A stretch of DNA of 64,000 bases from Trichoplax sp. H2. Its lineage: Eukaryota. The position numbers and the translations under genes were made by a program. The stretch spans positions 124,001-188,000 of the forward strand of contig NOWV01000122.1 in NCBI GenBank assembly GCA_003344405.1. The letters run 5' to 3'. Position 1 is the first letter of the stretch. Each line of letters begins with the position of its first letter. The notes under the pieces were generated by a model. It had not been told where the DNA came from and did no database searches. It was given only the letters and a program-made list of their open reading frames with translations. Below are positions 1-15,100 of the stretch, piece by piece.

Positions 1-163
1 TACTTTCTGACATGATAATAATATAGTAGCCTGGCTGGATCATTTCTAAACTTATGTTCATATCCAATGGAACGCCAAGTGCTCAACAACTTCAACAGAC
101 ATGTATTATTAACTTCTCTTTCAATCCTACTATTTTCACCTTGTAGGTAGTTTTGGAGAGATA

Positions 164-3100
164 ATGGAGGAAGATCGATATAAAGTCGATGCTGTCGATG
201 CTTCTACTGTTTCTACTGCTGCTACTGCTGCTGCCGTTAGTATCCAATCCGGTAGTCAATTAAAGAAGCCAAAAATTCAAGTTACTCCATCGGAAATTAT
301 TCGTAAAGCCGACGCTGAAGCACGCTCGGTTAAAATGCAATCCAATGATGAAGTCGATACCATTAGGCGTAAAGCCAAATTAGCTGCCAAAAGTGTTCTT
401 TCCAAGTGTGATCAAGAGATTGATAAATTACAAGATCGTTATGATCGTAGAATCGCTATTATTGAAGGTAGAGCTGATGATAGGATTGCTAGGGTGATCA
501 GAGTTGCACAACAAGAAGCCAACGAAGCTCGAGCTGCTGGTAAGATGAAAGAAGCTAAAAAAATTATGGAAACAGCTGAAATTGAAATTAACAATTTACG
601 AGCTAAAGTGGATTTAGAAATTACTGAGTTAAAGCGTGAACATAACGACACCATTGCTGAAATGAAACGCCAAGCGGAACACGAAGCCAATCAAATTACC
701 ACCGAAGCAGAATTGGATGCCATTAAAATCCTAACTACTGCTCAAAGTCAATATACCTCTATCGTTATGGGAAGTAAAGCGGAAGCAGTACTCTTGCAAA
801 CCGATCCAGACAGCAAGCAAACTGCTTCTAGTAAGCCATCTTCTAAGGTGGAAAATAAGAAAGGAGCACAACCATCCGAACCAGCAGATACATTATTGTC
901 CCGTGCTGAAGGGAAAGCAGCAGCTATTGAATTACAAAAAAATGGCGAGGCTGAGGTAGCCTTAATTCAAGCTGGTGGTGAAGAAAATATTATACGCAAG
1001 AGAGCCATAAGTCGATTACGTGAAGAAGAAATTAAAAAATCCAGTTGTTCTGAAAGTGTTAACCTGTTAAAGAAGGAAGCCGATGCTATTATGGCTAGAG
1101 CGAAAGCTTCCGCTGCTGAAGCTATAGTTAATTCTGAACGAGAATCGGAAAGATCCAAAGGCTATGGCGATGTTACTACAGCGGTAAAAATGACTGCTAA
1201 TGGCACAATTGAAGAGGCAAGAGTGTTAGCTGAAGGCAAAAGTAGAGCACAACAGTTAAAAACCGATGCCAATATTGCAGCCATTACCATTGAAGCCGAA
1301 GAAAAAGCGGCGACAGTTTTAATCAAAGCTGAAGAAGAAGCGCAAATTATTTATAAAAAGGCAAGAGGAGAAGCGGATTCTATTCGATTGAAAGCAGAAG
1401 GTAAAGCGGAATCGATCAAAATTATTGCTGAAGCTCAAGCGGAGATTGCTGAAAAGAATGGCGATCCAGCCAAAGCGGAACAAATTCGAGCTTCTGCTCG
1501 AGCGGAAGCAGCTCAAGTATTAGCACAAGGCAATGCTGAAGCCGCTAAATTGTTAGCTAAAGCTAACATTGAAGCCAAGAAAGTAGAAACCAAGGCTAAA
1601 CTAGAGCATGCTAAATTGCTTTCTGATGTTCAAATTAAATCCATGAAACTGAAAGAAAATGCCGAAATACGATCGAAAGAACTAATTCACGATAGCGAAG
1701 TTGCTACTTTAACCATGAAATTGGAAGCAGATGCTAAAGTAGCTGAAATTAAAAAGGATTTTGTCTACGCTAGTCGATGTAAGGCAGAAAGTAAAGCACA
1801 AAGTAAAATTATGGCGATTAATGTTGAAAAAGAGTTGAAAGAATATCAAGCTAAAAATGCCATCAAATTAGTAGAATTAGAAGGTCAAAATCAACATGAT
1901 CAAGTCATGATTAGTGTCGAAGGCGAAGCGAGTATCATTATTGCTGAAGCGAAAGGAGAAGCGGAAGCCATACGTGAAATTGCCAATGCTAATGCAAATA
2001 TGGTTTTAGCTCAAGCTGAAAAAGAAGCCAACGATGCTCGAGCTGCTGGCAATGAAGCAAAAGCTAAAAAGATACTTGCTGAAGCTAATTATCAAGCTGA
2101 AATATTGAAAGCAGAAGCTGAAATTCAAGCTGTTCAAATATTAAGTGATGCCAAAATAAAAGCCAATCAATTACGCTCTGAAAAAGAAGCAGAAATTATC
2201 AAGCAATGCTACGAAAATGAAGCACGAGTTATAGGTGAAAATTTTACAAGTTTAGATGCTACTGGTGAGAAAGCAGGTAAAGTAAAGAGCGATGCAATTT
2301 TATTGAAAGCAGAAGAGAAATCGACATTTGTTGCTGTCAAAGCTGAACGAGAAGCGAAAGCTGCTGAAAATGATGGTGATCTCATTCGAGCTGCAGAACT
2401 GCGAGCAGAAGCTTGCACAAGTACTCATACCATTAAAGCATTAGCTCAAGCTGATGCCACCTTAGCTGAAGCTGAAGAGAAAGCCGAAGCTATTACAGCT
2501 CAAAGTGAAAGCGATGCTATGGCTGCTATTCGAAAATCAATCGGTGAAGCAGAATCAATCCTTGCTACTACTCGTGCTCAAGCTGAAAATGTTCGAATCG
2601 ATTATAAACGAAAATCCAATGAAATATTACAAAAAGCAAAGATACAATCGCAAAAGTTACGCGCTGAAGGGAAAGAAAAAGCTGCTGATGAATGCTTACG
2701 ACGAGGTGAAGCAGAAGCAGCTAAAGTTGCAGCTGAAGGTGAAGCAAAATGTGGAAAAATTAATGCTGAAGGTGCTGCTAAAGCCGATAAAGCTAAAATT
2801 GCTGGTGAAGAAAAAGCTGTTCAAATTAAAACCGCTGCTAAAGCCAAAGTTACCGAAATGATGCTAGATGCAAAAGCCAATGCCAACAAAGTTAAAGAAG
2901 AAGCCAAAGCGACAGCTGTTCGCGAATCCAATACTATCTTAGCTCGAGGCTATCGTAAATCGCGCGATGAAGTTAAAGCTGTTGCTTTACAAGCTGAAGC
3001 AAATAAGGAATATTCTAAACAGATGGAAAAAGCGCAATCAACGACAGCAAAATTACTTGCACAAAAAGATATTGAAGTAAAAGCAGTCAATGTTCAAGGA

Positions 3101-6100
3101 GAAGCTGAAATGGAAAGATTGAAAACTACTGCAGAAGCGGTTAGCGTTAAATCGCATGCGAAAGCTGCTGCAATCACTGCTATCATGGACGCAGCAGCCG
3201 ATACAGCGGTTAAAAAAATCAACCAAAAGAATGACCAAGTTATCCTACAGTCTGAAATGAAAGGGAGAGAAGATGCTGCTCGCTTATTAAAAGATGGTAT
3301 TACTGAAGCAACAAGGATGATTATTGATGGTGAAGAGAAAGCTCAACGTTTAAAAACTAAAGTAGCTATTGAAGCTGTCCGAGCTAGAGTATCTGCTGAA
3401 AGTGAAATATTACAATATACAGCGGATAAAGCTGAAGAGAAACGTGAAGGGATTCAACAATCGATTAAACAATTGACAGCACAAGCTGAACAAGAAATCA
3501 AGAAAGTCCTTACATCTGGTAATGAAGTTCGTGCTAATGCTATTCGAGAAGATTTAGCAACAAAAATTGAAGTGATGGAAGTAGAAGGACAAGTACTGAC
3601 CAAACATTTAAGTGAACGTGCTAAAATGGAAGCGGAACGTATCAAAATGGCTGGTAAAATTAAAGAAAATAAAATTTTAAAATTTGCCGAAGCTGATATT
3701 ACCATTGCTACTGCAGCAACATTAGCTGAAGCAAGCAAAGAGAAAGCAATTAAAGATGCTGAATTTGTCAAGAATAAATCTTTAGCTGAAGCCAATTTAG
3801 CTAAAAATAAAGGTGAAAAAGAAGAAGTTATTGATGCTATTATCAACGACGGTAAACAAGAAGCGGAAAGAATTACTAAAGATGCTGAAGTAATTTCATT
3901 ACGATTAATGGCAGAAGCACGCGCTAAAGCAACTAAATTAAGAGCCGAAGCAAGTGCTGAAGCTGAATTGTTAACCGCTGAACAAAATGCAGAAGTGTTG
4001 AAAAATCAAATGTCGGAAGCTGCCGATGCAGCGATTGTAACTGGCAAGAAAGAAGCTGCCAGCGTACGCTTAAAAGCGAAAGAAAATGCACGCGAATCGG
4101 ATTTACGCAATAAAAAGAATGCCGCTACTCGTGCATTAGTTAATGGTGAAATAGCTGCTGAAGTTGCCTTAACAAAATCAGTAACAGATTCTATCCAAAA
4201 ACGAGCTCATGGTGAAAATACCGCAGCGGTAACAACGATGGAAGGTAAAGTGAAATCGATTAAAACAATCACTCATGGCGATATTGAGGCTGTCAAGATA
4301 AAATATGATGGTAAAATTGCTGAAGCTCAACTTCTTGGCGATGTTACTAGAGTGGAAGTATTAAAATTACAACGTGATGCTGAAGTGACTAAAATTACAG
4401 CGTTATCCGCTGCTGAATTAAGTCGTGTCAAATCGGAAGAAGAAGCAGCATCGTTATTAGCACGACGTGAAGAAGAAGCTAAAGTAGCTAAATTAAAAGC
4501 TGATCAATGTCGAAGTGCTGAAAATGTCTTATTACTGGAAGATAAAGCAAAAGCGGATATTTCATCAGCCAATGAGTTAGCTCAATCGATACGTGATAGT
4601 GCTGATGAAAAAATCGATGCTGCATTAGCTGATGGTGATGGCGCTGAAGTTGAAAGAATTCGTTCACAAGCTGAAGTGAAAGCAATTAAAGCAGCAACAG
4701 AAGGAATCATCCAAGCTGTTAATCAAAAAGGTGAAGCTCGATTCAATGCTGCATCAGAAGAAGCCAAATTGGTTGCTGAAGCAGCTAAAATCAATGCAGA
4801 AGGTAAAGCATATTCAACAAGAATAGCTGCTAAAGGTGAAGCTAAATGTATACGTGCTAAAGCTGAAGCTGATGCAAAATATGTTAAAGAGATGTCAAGA
4901 GCAAAAGCGAAAGATTGCATGCGAAAAGGCCATGTTAGTGAAGCTGAAGAAGCATTACAAGCTGGTGAAGCTGAAGCAAAAAGGATAATTTCAGAAGCAA
5001 CGATTGCCGCTACAAATTTAATTGCACAACGTGAAGCTGAAGCTATACAATCATTATCAGAAGGTGGTATTGAGCATGAAAAATTAAAAATTGGTAATCC
5101 TGAAACCGTTATCATTAAAGCTGAAATTGAAGCTGAAGTAATGCGTAATAATAGCAATGGTCAAATAGAAGAATGTTTAATACAATCACAAAGTAAAGCA
5201 AGATTAACAACGATTGAAGCTGAAAGGAATGCTAAAGCAGCTTTCTTAGCTGGTGATGAAGCAAAAGCAGCTGAAATCATTCTACAAGGTCATATTGCAT
5301 CGGCTGAAATGATTGCACGAGGTCAAGCGGAAGCCAGTGATATTAAAGCAAAATGTGACGAAGCCATTGCTCTCAAGTTAGCTGATGCTAAAGCAGATGC
5401 TGTTAAATTAAGTTCAGAGAGAGATTCTATGGCTGCTGAAATTGAATCAGAGTTAAAAGTCAAAGCTTTCAAACTTCAAATTGAATCTGCTGCTCAAGCT
5501 GCTGCACGCCGTGGTGATCCAGAAGCTAAACGTTTAACCATTGAAGGTGATAAAAAAATAGCTACTTTAACCTCGGACAATGATGTCAAAGTAAAAGTAA
5601 TGCGTGCTGAAGGAAACGCTGAAGCAATACGATTACAAGCACAAGCTCAATCTGAAGTAGTTCTTATTCAAAGTAAAGCACAAGCGGAAAATATCCGACT
5701 TCAAGCTGATAATGAAGCAAAAGCAGCGATTGCTAAAGCAAAGCATCAAGCTGAAGCTACCCGACAACAATTAATTAATCAAGCCAATAAGGCTAAAGCC
5801 AATGGCAACGAAGATGAAAGTATCAAATTAAGAGCATCAAGTGAAGCACAAGCTGCTAGAATAATCGCTAAAGGTGAAGTGGAGGCTTGTAAAATTCGTG
5901 GTGAAGCCGTAGTCAAAGCATCAGAAGCAATCAATAAAGGGAAATTAGAAGAAAGTAGTATTCTCCATGAGGGAAGTGTTGAATATCATAAGATTAAATC
6001 AGAAGCTGAAGCCCATGCCTTACTTGATAATGATCTAGACAACAGAGCGGAAGAAGTTGCTGATCAAGGTGAAAAGGAAATTAAACGTTTACAACAACAA

Positions 6101-9100
6101 GAAGATACACATGCTGATATCTTACAGTATCGTGCCCAAGCTGAAATGATTATTGCTAATGCTGAAAAAGATTTAGCATGTGAAAAGATATTATTGGAAG
6201 CTGAAATTCAAGCGTCACGTATCGAGGCAGAAGGTAAAAGTTCAATTATAACTGCTAAAATGGACAGAGAGATTGATAATGCAATCGTACGTGGTGATCA
6301 TAAAGCTGCTATGGAAAGTAAAATGAAAGGTGAAATTGATTCAAGTCAAGTGAAGACTAATGCTAACATTGCAGCAATACGTAAAAAAGCAGAAATGGAA
6401 TCGAAAGCAGCGGCTACAATGGCTGAAGCTGAAGCAGAAGCAAGCCAGTTAAGAGCAGCTGAAGAAGCAAGGATTGCATTATCAAAAGATGACGAAGGCC
6501 AAGCAGCTCAAGCAATGGCCGAAGGAGAAGCTGTTGCTATTCTTATTCGAGGTGAAGGCCAAGCTAAATCTAAAATTATTAATTCTACTGCAGACGTTGA
6601 AGTATTACAAGCTGAAGCATCGATGAAGGCCGATGCTGTACAATTAAAAGCTGAAGCAGCCGCTCATAATGCTGAATTGAGTGGCAATTCGTTATTAGCC
6701 GCTGAAATTAGAGCTAAAGGAGATGCCGATAAAGCCGCATTAAAATTACAAGCTGATGCAGAAGCTGCAAAAGTCAATTCTTATGGTGAAGCAGAAGCTG
6801 TTTTAATTCAAGCAAAATCCAAAGAAGAAAGTATTTTATTAAGAGCGAAAGGAAAATCAGAAGAAATAAAAGCATTCGATGAAGAAGAAGCTAATCGTAT
6901 ATTAGATGAAGCTCAAAGAGACGCTGAAAAAGTGATAGCGGAAGGTAATGCAGAAGCTGAACGTTTGAAAAAATTCGGTGATACTGAATATACAAGGCTA
7001 CATGCTATGGCTACAATCGAATCAGACCGGCAAATTGGTCGTGGTCGAGCTCAAACAGTGAAAGAGAGCGGAAAAGAAAAAGAAGCTGCTGAAATTGAAG
7101 GTCAAGTTGAAGCTAAAAATGTAACATCTAGAGCTGAAATAGAAGCCAATGCAGTTAAAAAACAAGCGGAAATTGAAGCTGCTAATATTCGATCACAGGC
7201 CGAGGCTCGTGCCATAGCTGTAGATAAAACTGGTAATAGTAGTGAAGCCGAGAGAATTCGTCGAGATGGAGAAGTCGATGCAACTAAAGCTCTCGCTATT
7301 GGCATGATCGAAGCTGATAGAATTATTGCAATTGGTAAGCTTGAAACTGAGTTGGAATTCGCAATGGCTAAAGTTCAAGCAGCTAAGCTTAAAGGAGATA
7401 AAAATAGTGCCATTCGACTTACAGCAGAAGCTGAAGCAAAAGTTTCTGAGCAAACTAAAATTCTCGATGCAGAAGCGTTATATCAACGTACGGAAGAAGA
7501 AGCAAAAGCATTACAGCGTAAAGGACAAAACGAGATTCAAGCGATTAAAAAAGCAGCTAAACAATATGTCAATAACGCTAAATCAAGTGGTAGTACTATG
7601 GCTGTATCAATTGTTACTGCTCAAGCTGAAGCAGAAATTAATCGAATTGAAGCAGCTAGAAAAGCAGAAGCGGAAAGATTATTGACAAAGGCTAACGCTG
7701 AAAAAACACTTATAAATGCTGAAGGTAAAGTTGAAGCAATCAAAATGATCGCCCGTGGTGAAGCAGATATAGCTGAATTACTGGATGATAATAAGAAAAT
7801 TAAACAAGTTTTAAATACCGCAGAAATGGATTGTGCTAAAATATTAGCCCAAGCAACACAAGAAGCTTCACGAATTGCTGCAGAGGGCGAAGCTAGTGCT
7901 ACTCAAATTCATGCTCAAGGTTTTGCAACATCGGAAAATATTAAAGCGACAACTAATTCAACCGAAATTGAAAATCTTGGTATGAAACATAAGGCGCAAA
8001 GTATAAAAGAGGTTAAAAATGCAGAAACTAAAAGTACAGTTAAATTAGGCAAAATTGAAAGTATAAAAACACAAGAAATTGCAAAAGCTAACGCTGACAA
8101 GCAAGCTGTTGAGCGTGAAACAGAAGCTTTAAAATCGAGCGGAAATGAAGAGCAAGCTATCCTTAAAAAAGCTCAAAGTGACGCAAATTATATTATTGCT
8201 GTTGCTGCAGCTGAAAGTAAAGCTCTTCAAGCCAAAAGTTTAACTCAAGTTGCTGTTGCAAAAGCGGAACTAGAAAGTAAAATCAAGTTAAAGAAAGCGG
8301 AAAAAAATGAAAATGCTATTACTGAAATGACAGGTGAATTAAAAGCAATTGAAATTTTAGCACAAGCTACCGCTGAAATTGATGGTACGTTACAAAATAA
8401 ATTAGCAAAAATTGAAGCCGAAAAAATTATTGCTGAAGGACAAGCTGCAGTAATAAGAATGAAAGGTAATCCAGTGAAGGCAGCAGAGATGACAGCACAG
8501 ATCCAAGCTAAAGCGATTAAAGCAGCTGCTAAAGCTAAAGCGGACGCTCTCAAAAATAAAGCACAATATGAAGCTAAAGCTGAAAAGATAGTAGCTGAAA
8601 GTCGTACTAATGTAGCGGAACGTTCAGGTGATAAAACCAAAGCTGACCTGACCAAAACAGTTGGTGATATTAAAGCCGGACGAATAATAGCTCTTGCTGA
8701 AGCTCAAGCTTCCCAAATTGTTGCAGAAGCGGATGCTGAATCAGATAAGCTAGTTCAATTAGGCAAGGCTGAATCGCTTAAACATAAAGGTGATGGGGCT
8801 GAAGTGAAACAATTACATGCCAAAGCAGAATCCACCTGTTTAAGAGTAAAAGCAAAGGCTTTAGCCGATGCTATTAAAATTAAGAATGAAGTTGAAGTGG
8901 AATCTAAACGCCAAATTGCAATTGCTGAGTCGAAAGCTGTTCGAGCAAACTCAGAAAAGAAGGCAGCTAATTTGGCCAAATCGAACGATAAGATTAATAG
9001 TAAAAAAGCAAAAATTGAAGGAGATATTCAAGCAGCACGTATAATGGCAACTTGGGAAGCTGAAGCAATTACATTAAAAGCGTTTGCTGAATCCGATGCT

Positions 9101-12100
9101 TTACTAGCAACATGTGAATGTGATGCAGCTACGATTGATATCATATCTTCGAATCAGGCTGATCAAATTAATGATGATGGTAATCCATCGAAGGCAACTA
9201 TTTTAAAGAAAGAAGGTGAAGCAGAATCGAAGGGAAAGCGTATCGAAGGTAGATTAGAAGCTGATAAGATTAAAATACAAGGAGATTGCGAAGTGATCCG
9301 ATTAAAAGCTGCAAAACAAGCTGATAATATAAGATTAACAGCAGAGATGCATGCACATTCAGCTGAAGCTGCTAATAATCACTCTGATGCAATCCGCATT
9401 AAAGGTGATGCACAATATGATGCCGCAAAATTTCAGTGCAATGAAGAGATTAAGGCAGCAAAGATGAAATGTCAAGCAAGTGTTGAATCAATACGTAAAA
9501 ATACTGCCAAAAAGATTGAAGCAGTTAAAGTTAGTAGTGAAAGAATTATGGAAGTGCATTCTGTATCAGGTGATGCAGATGAAGCTACTAAACAGCGAAA
9601 GTATTATTTAGGTAAAATATCTGTTATTGAGGCGGAGCAAGCAGCAAATGTAGCTATTGAAAAAGCTGAAGAAGAAGCTGCAATAATAAAAGCTGAAGCG
9701 AAGATAAAAGCAGCACATGTCATTCAAAATGCAGCAAATCAAGCAGCGGAACTATTAAAGCAAGGTAAAAAATTACAAGCCCAAAATATCACTAAACTTG
9801 CTGAAGAGGAAGCTGCTAAAATATCGCGTTTGGCTGAAATTGAAGCTATCAATGTTAGAGCTATCGCAGAAGCAGAAGCTTTAAGATTAGTAGGCAAGGG
9901 AAAAAGTGAGGCGGCACAAATTGAAGGAGATAAAACTAAAGCTCAAAATGAATTATCTGACGCTAGAGCTAGAGCATATCTTATTGAAGCAAACAGTAAA
10001 GCAACAGTAGTGAAAAATACTGCCGAAACTGAAGCCAATTATATATCAAGATTAGCTGAACTTGAAGCTCAAGATGATATCGAGCGTGGTAACGAAGAAG
10101 CTGCTTCCATTAAAATTTCTGAAGCGGAAGTAGAAAGTAATAGAATAAAAGGTGTAGCAGCAGTTGTGGCTGATAATATTATAGCCATTGGTGAAATTGA
10201 TTCAGCATCACAAAAAGAACTTGTAAAAGCCGAATTCTTACAAGCTAATGGCCAAGAAGCTAAAGCTATCTCGGCGAAGGCTGAAGCTTTATCTGATGCA
10301 ATTACCAAGAAAGGTGAAGTTAACGTTACTAAAGAACAAGAACTATTACAAGTTGAAGTGGCGGCTGCCGTACAGAAAGCAGTTGCCAATATTGAAATAG
10401 CCAAGAGTAAAAATGATCAAATTGAAGCTGATAGAATGCTAAAACTTGCAAAATTAGAGGAAGAGAAACTTAGAAAAATCTCGAAGATTAATAGCGATAA
10501 AGTTAAGAAAATATCTGTTACTGATGCCAACCTCTGTAAAGCCACTGCTGAAGCAAATATTGCTAAAGTTAAAGGTGATGCTAACAAATATAGTCAGTTG
10601 ATGAAAGATGCAATTACTACAGCGGCAAAGAAGAAAGCTTCAATCGAAGAGCACGCTCTTAAAGCTTTTTTAGAAGTTAATGTTGCTGATGTACAACAAG
10701 TAGCTAAAAGTAATGCTATTGCTGCAAATCAAAAACATGACAAAGTAGAAGCTGATAAAATTAAAGCTGTGAGTAAGGCCAAAATTGAAAAATTGCAAGC
10801 TAGTACTTCTGCTGAAATTGCTAAATTTCAAGGGATTGCTGCATTGGAAATCAAAGTTAGTAAAACCCTTGCAGAAGCTGGTGTTCACGAAATTAAAGGC
10901 AACAAGACTCGAGCTATTATTACAAGGTCTGAAGCAGAAGCAGAAAAAATAAGACTTACAGCTGATGCAGAAGGAAAACTTGTCGAGAGATTAGCTGAAA
11001 TTGACGCTGAAGCTATAAGAATTTGTACAAAAGAAGACGGTAAAGCAGCAAGATTACATTATACACAACTTGCGAAAAAAGAGCAAGCCGCGGGAAATCT
11101 CTTAGAAGCTGAAAAATTAAAAGCTGAAGGTGAAGCACAAGCATACATATATAATCACCAAGCTGAAATTGAAGCAAGCAAAGCTATAGCTAAGGGAGAA
11201 GCTGATGGCCTAATAGTAAAGGCAACCGGAAATGCGGAAGCTACACAAAAAATATTTGATGGCCAAGCGGAAGTCGCTTCGATCGAAGGGAATACACTAA
11301 AATCAAATACATTAATTAATAACGGCAACGAGGCTTCAATCTTGATCTTGGCGGAAGCTAGTGCCAAAAGAGAGAGAATATTGGCTAAAAATGAAGCGGT
11401 GTCAATACGAACGACTGCTGCTGCAGCGGCGGAAGGGAATAAATTACGAGTTAACGCTGAAGCTGACAATGCCAGAGTTTTGGGTGATAATGTTAAAGCA
11501 GCGCAATTAGATGGCAATTGCGTAGCTGAATATTGGCAAACAGTACGCCTTGGTGAGATCGAATCCGAAAAGAGGCTTGCGCTTCTTGACGCTGAGGTAG
11601 AAATGATACATTCTAAACGTAAGAGTGACTTATCAAAAGCTCTTGGCGATGAAGTTGGTGCTAAAGTCATCATTGAAACTGGTAAAGTTCAATATGAACG
11701 TGCGAAAGCAGAAATTGAAGCAAAGTATGCTAATTTAATTGCAGAAGTCCAGGTTGATGCGACTCTTCAGAAAGCACAGTCCGATGCAAAAGCAGCAGAT
11801 AAACATGGAAAAGCAGAAGCTGCCGATGAATTCCGACAAGCGGGTAAAAATTCAGCTTTTAGCCTCAGAAGAAATAGTGTAAAGCTGCAGCATAAACGTC
11901 AAGGTGATGCTCAAGGTAGTAAATCTAAAGCGGAAGCGCTACGTAAGGCTGAAGAAATTTTATCTAAAAGTAAAAAGTTGGCTGATGGTAGTAGACAAAG
12001 CAATAATTATAGCAGTGCAGTAAAAATTTCAGCAGATGGCCGCGCTAAAGCAATTGATGTTGTCACTACAGGTGAAGCTCGAGCAATTTTAGCATATGCT

Positions 12101-15100
12101 AATGCAGAAGTAAGAATCGCAAAAGATAAAGGTGACGATAAAACAGTTATACAAGCTAGAGTATTAGGTGACCAAGAAGCTGCTAAGTTGCAGGCCTTAG
12201 GTGAAGCGGAAGCACGACGTTTGAATCTGGTGGGTAAAGCTTCAGCATTAAGATTAGATTCACAAAATCAAGCCAATATATTAGATAAAAAGACACTTTC
12301 CGAAATTGAAGCAGCACGTGAAGTTGGTAATAAAGTTGGAGCAATTAATGTACAAGCTGATGGTCATATACGTAAAGAGCAATTACTTGTAGAAGCAACT
12401 GCAGAAGCTATCAAAATTGAAGCGTTAGCAGAAGCTGAATTTTATAGAATCAAAACCTTAGGAGCAATTTCAGCCGCTCAAACTGCAAATGACACATTAG
12501 AAGTCTATAAATTGGAAACATCATCTAAAATCGAAATTGAAAAATTGAAAACAATGGGTGAAATTGAAGCCAATCGTGTCATTGCTATTGGTGAAGTTAA
12601 TAATCAAAATATAAGAGATGAAGCTGAAATCAACAAGGCTGAATTAGCTGGTGATACTGATCGAGCTGATAGATTAAAAGCAGAACATGAAGTAAAAGAT
12701 ATCCAATGGAGAGCCAAAGCAGAAGCAGAATCAGTTAAAGCTAAAGCTGAGCTTAATGCAAAACTAACTATCTTAAATGCTGAAAAAGAAGCTGAGATTA
12801 AACGTCGAGAAGGCGATGAGAAAAATGCACAGCAGATATTAGCTGAAGCTAAAGCAACAGCAAAATGTATACGTGCAGATGGCGATACAGAAGCGACTAG
12901 AATTTTAGCTCTTGCTAATGTTGATTGTGAAAATGTGAAAGCATTGGCTGAACTAAAATCATCGCAAAAAGTTCTTGAAAATCAAATTAATAATGCTGAG
13001 GCTACAGATCAAAAGAAAAATGTAATTCGATTGAAAGCATCACAAGAAATTAATGATGTTTTACAAAAAGCAACAGCAGATGCGAAACGAATATTTGGTA
13101 TTGCCGCTGCTGAAGCTAATGGAGTTAAAGCCGCGTTAGATAATAAAAGTAAATCTGTGGATGATAAGATGGAACAAGCGAAACTGCAAAAATCATCGAA
13201 ATTGGAATCGGAAAAGATAAAATTTATTGGAAATGCTAATTCGACTAAAGCTAATATTCTTGGTGAAATTGAAGCCGAAAGGATCAAAGCTTACAGTGAA
13301 GCAGAAATTGCACGCGTAGATGACAATGAAGAAATTGCAATCCGTTTAGAGACGGCTGCTGATGTCAAGGCAGTTAGGCTTGAAGCAGAAGCTAAAATCA
13401 AGAATGTTAAGGCAGTTGCCTTACAAGAAGCTCAATTTGCAGCATTAAAAATGGAAGCTAATGCAGAACATGCACTCGCAAAAAATGATGAAATTGAAGC
13501 AAATAACCTTAAATACCAAGGTCAATTGGAAGCGCAATTAATTATTAATGTAAGTGATATCGACTCAGCCTTACTAACTAGGTTAGCCGAAATAGAAGCT
13601 AATAAAGTTAGTTTGTTAGAAAAATCAAGAATATCTAAATTGGATAATGATAGTATTGAAGTAGAGAAAGAAATAACTGCAGTTGAAATCAATGCCATCG
13701 AACGAAAAGCTATCGTTAAAGCTGATGCGATGAAAGCGAAAGCTAAATTAAAAGCTGAAGCCGCAAATGAGATTGCCCACAGTAATGCTCAAGCAGCACT
13801 AAAAAAAGGAGATAAAATTTTAGCTGAAAGATTCATTTTGGAAGGTGAAGCGGAATCCAAAAATATTATTGCTAGGAGTGAAGTAGAAGCAGAAGAAATT
13901 CTCGCTTTAGCAGTTGCGGAAACGCAAGAGCTAAAGGCAAATTTAAGCGTGATTATTGCTGAAGTAGAGGATAAAGGAGACCATGAAGCTATCCAATTGG
14001 AAAATGAAGTTAACATTCTTCGAGCGAAAACTAGTGCAGAGGTAAATTACATACTAAAAAGTAAAGAGCTAGACGCACAAGTCTTTGAAGCAAAAGAAAA
14101 ATTTAAAGCTGAAGAATTAGAGAAAAAGGGCAATGCCATTGAAGCTACAAAAATGAGAGCTTACGCCGCCGCTGAAACAAATAAAATTCGTGCCCTAGCT
14201 GATGTTGAAGCTAAGCAGTTACAAACAGAATGTGAAATTGATGTATTAAAAACTCAGGCAATTACTAGAGTTGCCAAAGCAAGACAGTCAGGAGATGCAG
14301 CTAAGGCAATCAATATTGAGACAGAGATGAATGTAGATACAGTCTTATTAGAGACTGCAACAGAAATAGAAAGTATTAGGGCAGCTGCTAGAGCAAACGC
14401 TAATTTGATTATTGAAAAAGCTAGAGCGGATGTAAATGCACTACAATCTCAGTATAATCTAAAAATAGCTCAGGCTAAAGCTAATAATAATATCGAAGAA
14501 GCAGATTCATTGCAAAAGCAGTGTTCTACGGAAGTCTTGGAAATTATTTCAAAAGCTGAAGCTGATGCCTGCATGATTGAAGAAGATGCTAAGGCTGATT
14601 GTGAACGTTTAGAAATGGCATGCAAAGCAAATATTGTTAGACTTAAGGCCGCAAGTTCTGCAGAGAAAGCACGAAATGAGGGTAAATTTGCAGAAGCTGC
14701 TCAATTTGAAATTGATGGTGAGAAACAAGCATTAGAAATAGAGATCGAAGGTGAAATTATTGCTGCAAGAATTCGATCAGAGGCCAAGGCTCAAGCCATC
14801 CTAATTAAATCGAAGGCAGAAGCAGCTGCAGCTAGATTATCAGGAAATGATATGAAAGCGTCAAGAATACTTGCTGAAGGCGAAGCTTTAGCTAATAGCA
14901 CTATTACGGAAGGAGAAGCAACAGCTGATAAATTAAAGCTGGAATTAGCAATCAAGCAATCACAACTTAAGAACGGCTACAGAGAACTGGGTGCCATTGA
15001 AGCTGAATATAAATCAAATACCGAACAAATAAGAGCCGATGGTAGAATAAATGAAATTAGAATGCGCGCTACAGTAGATGCAGAAGCTGCAGTTTTAAAT

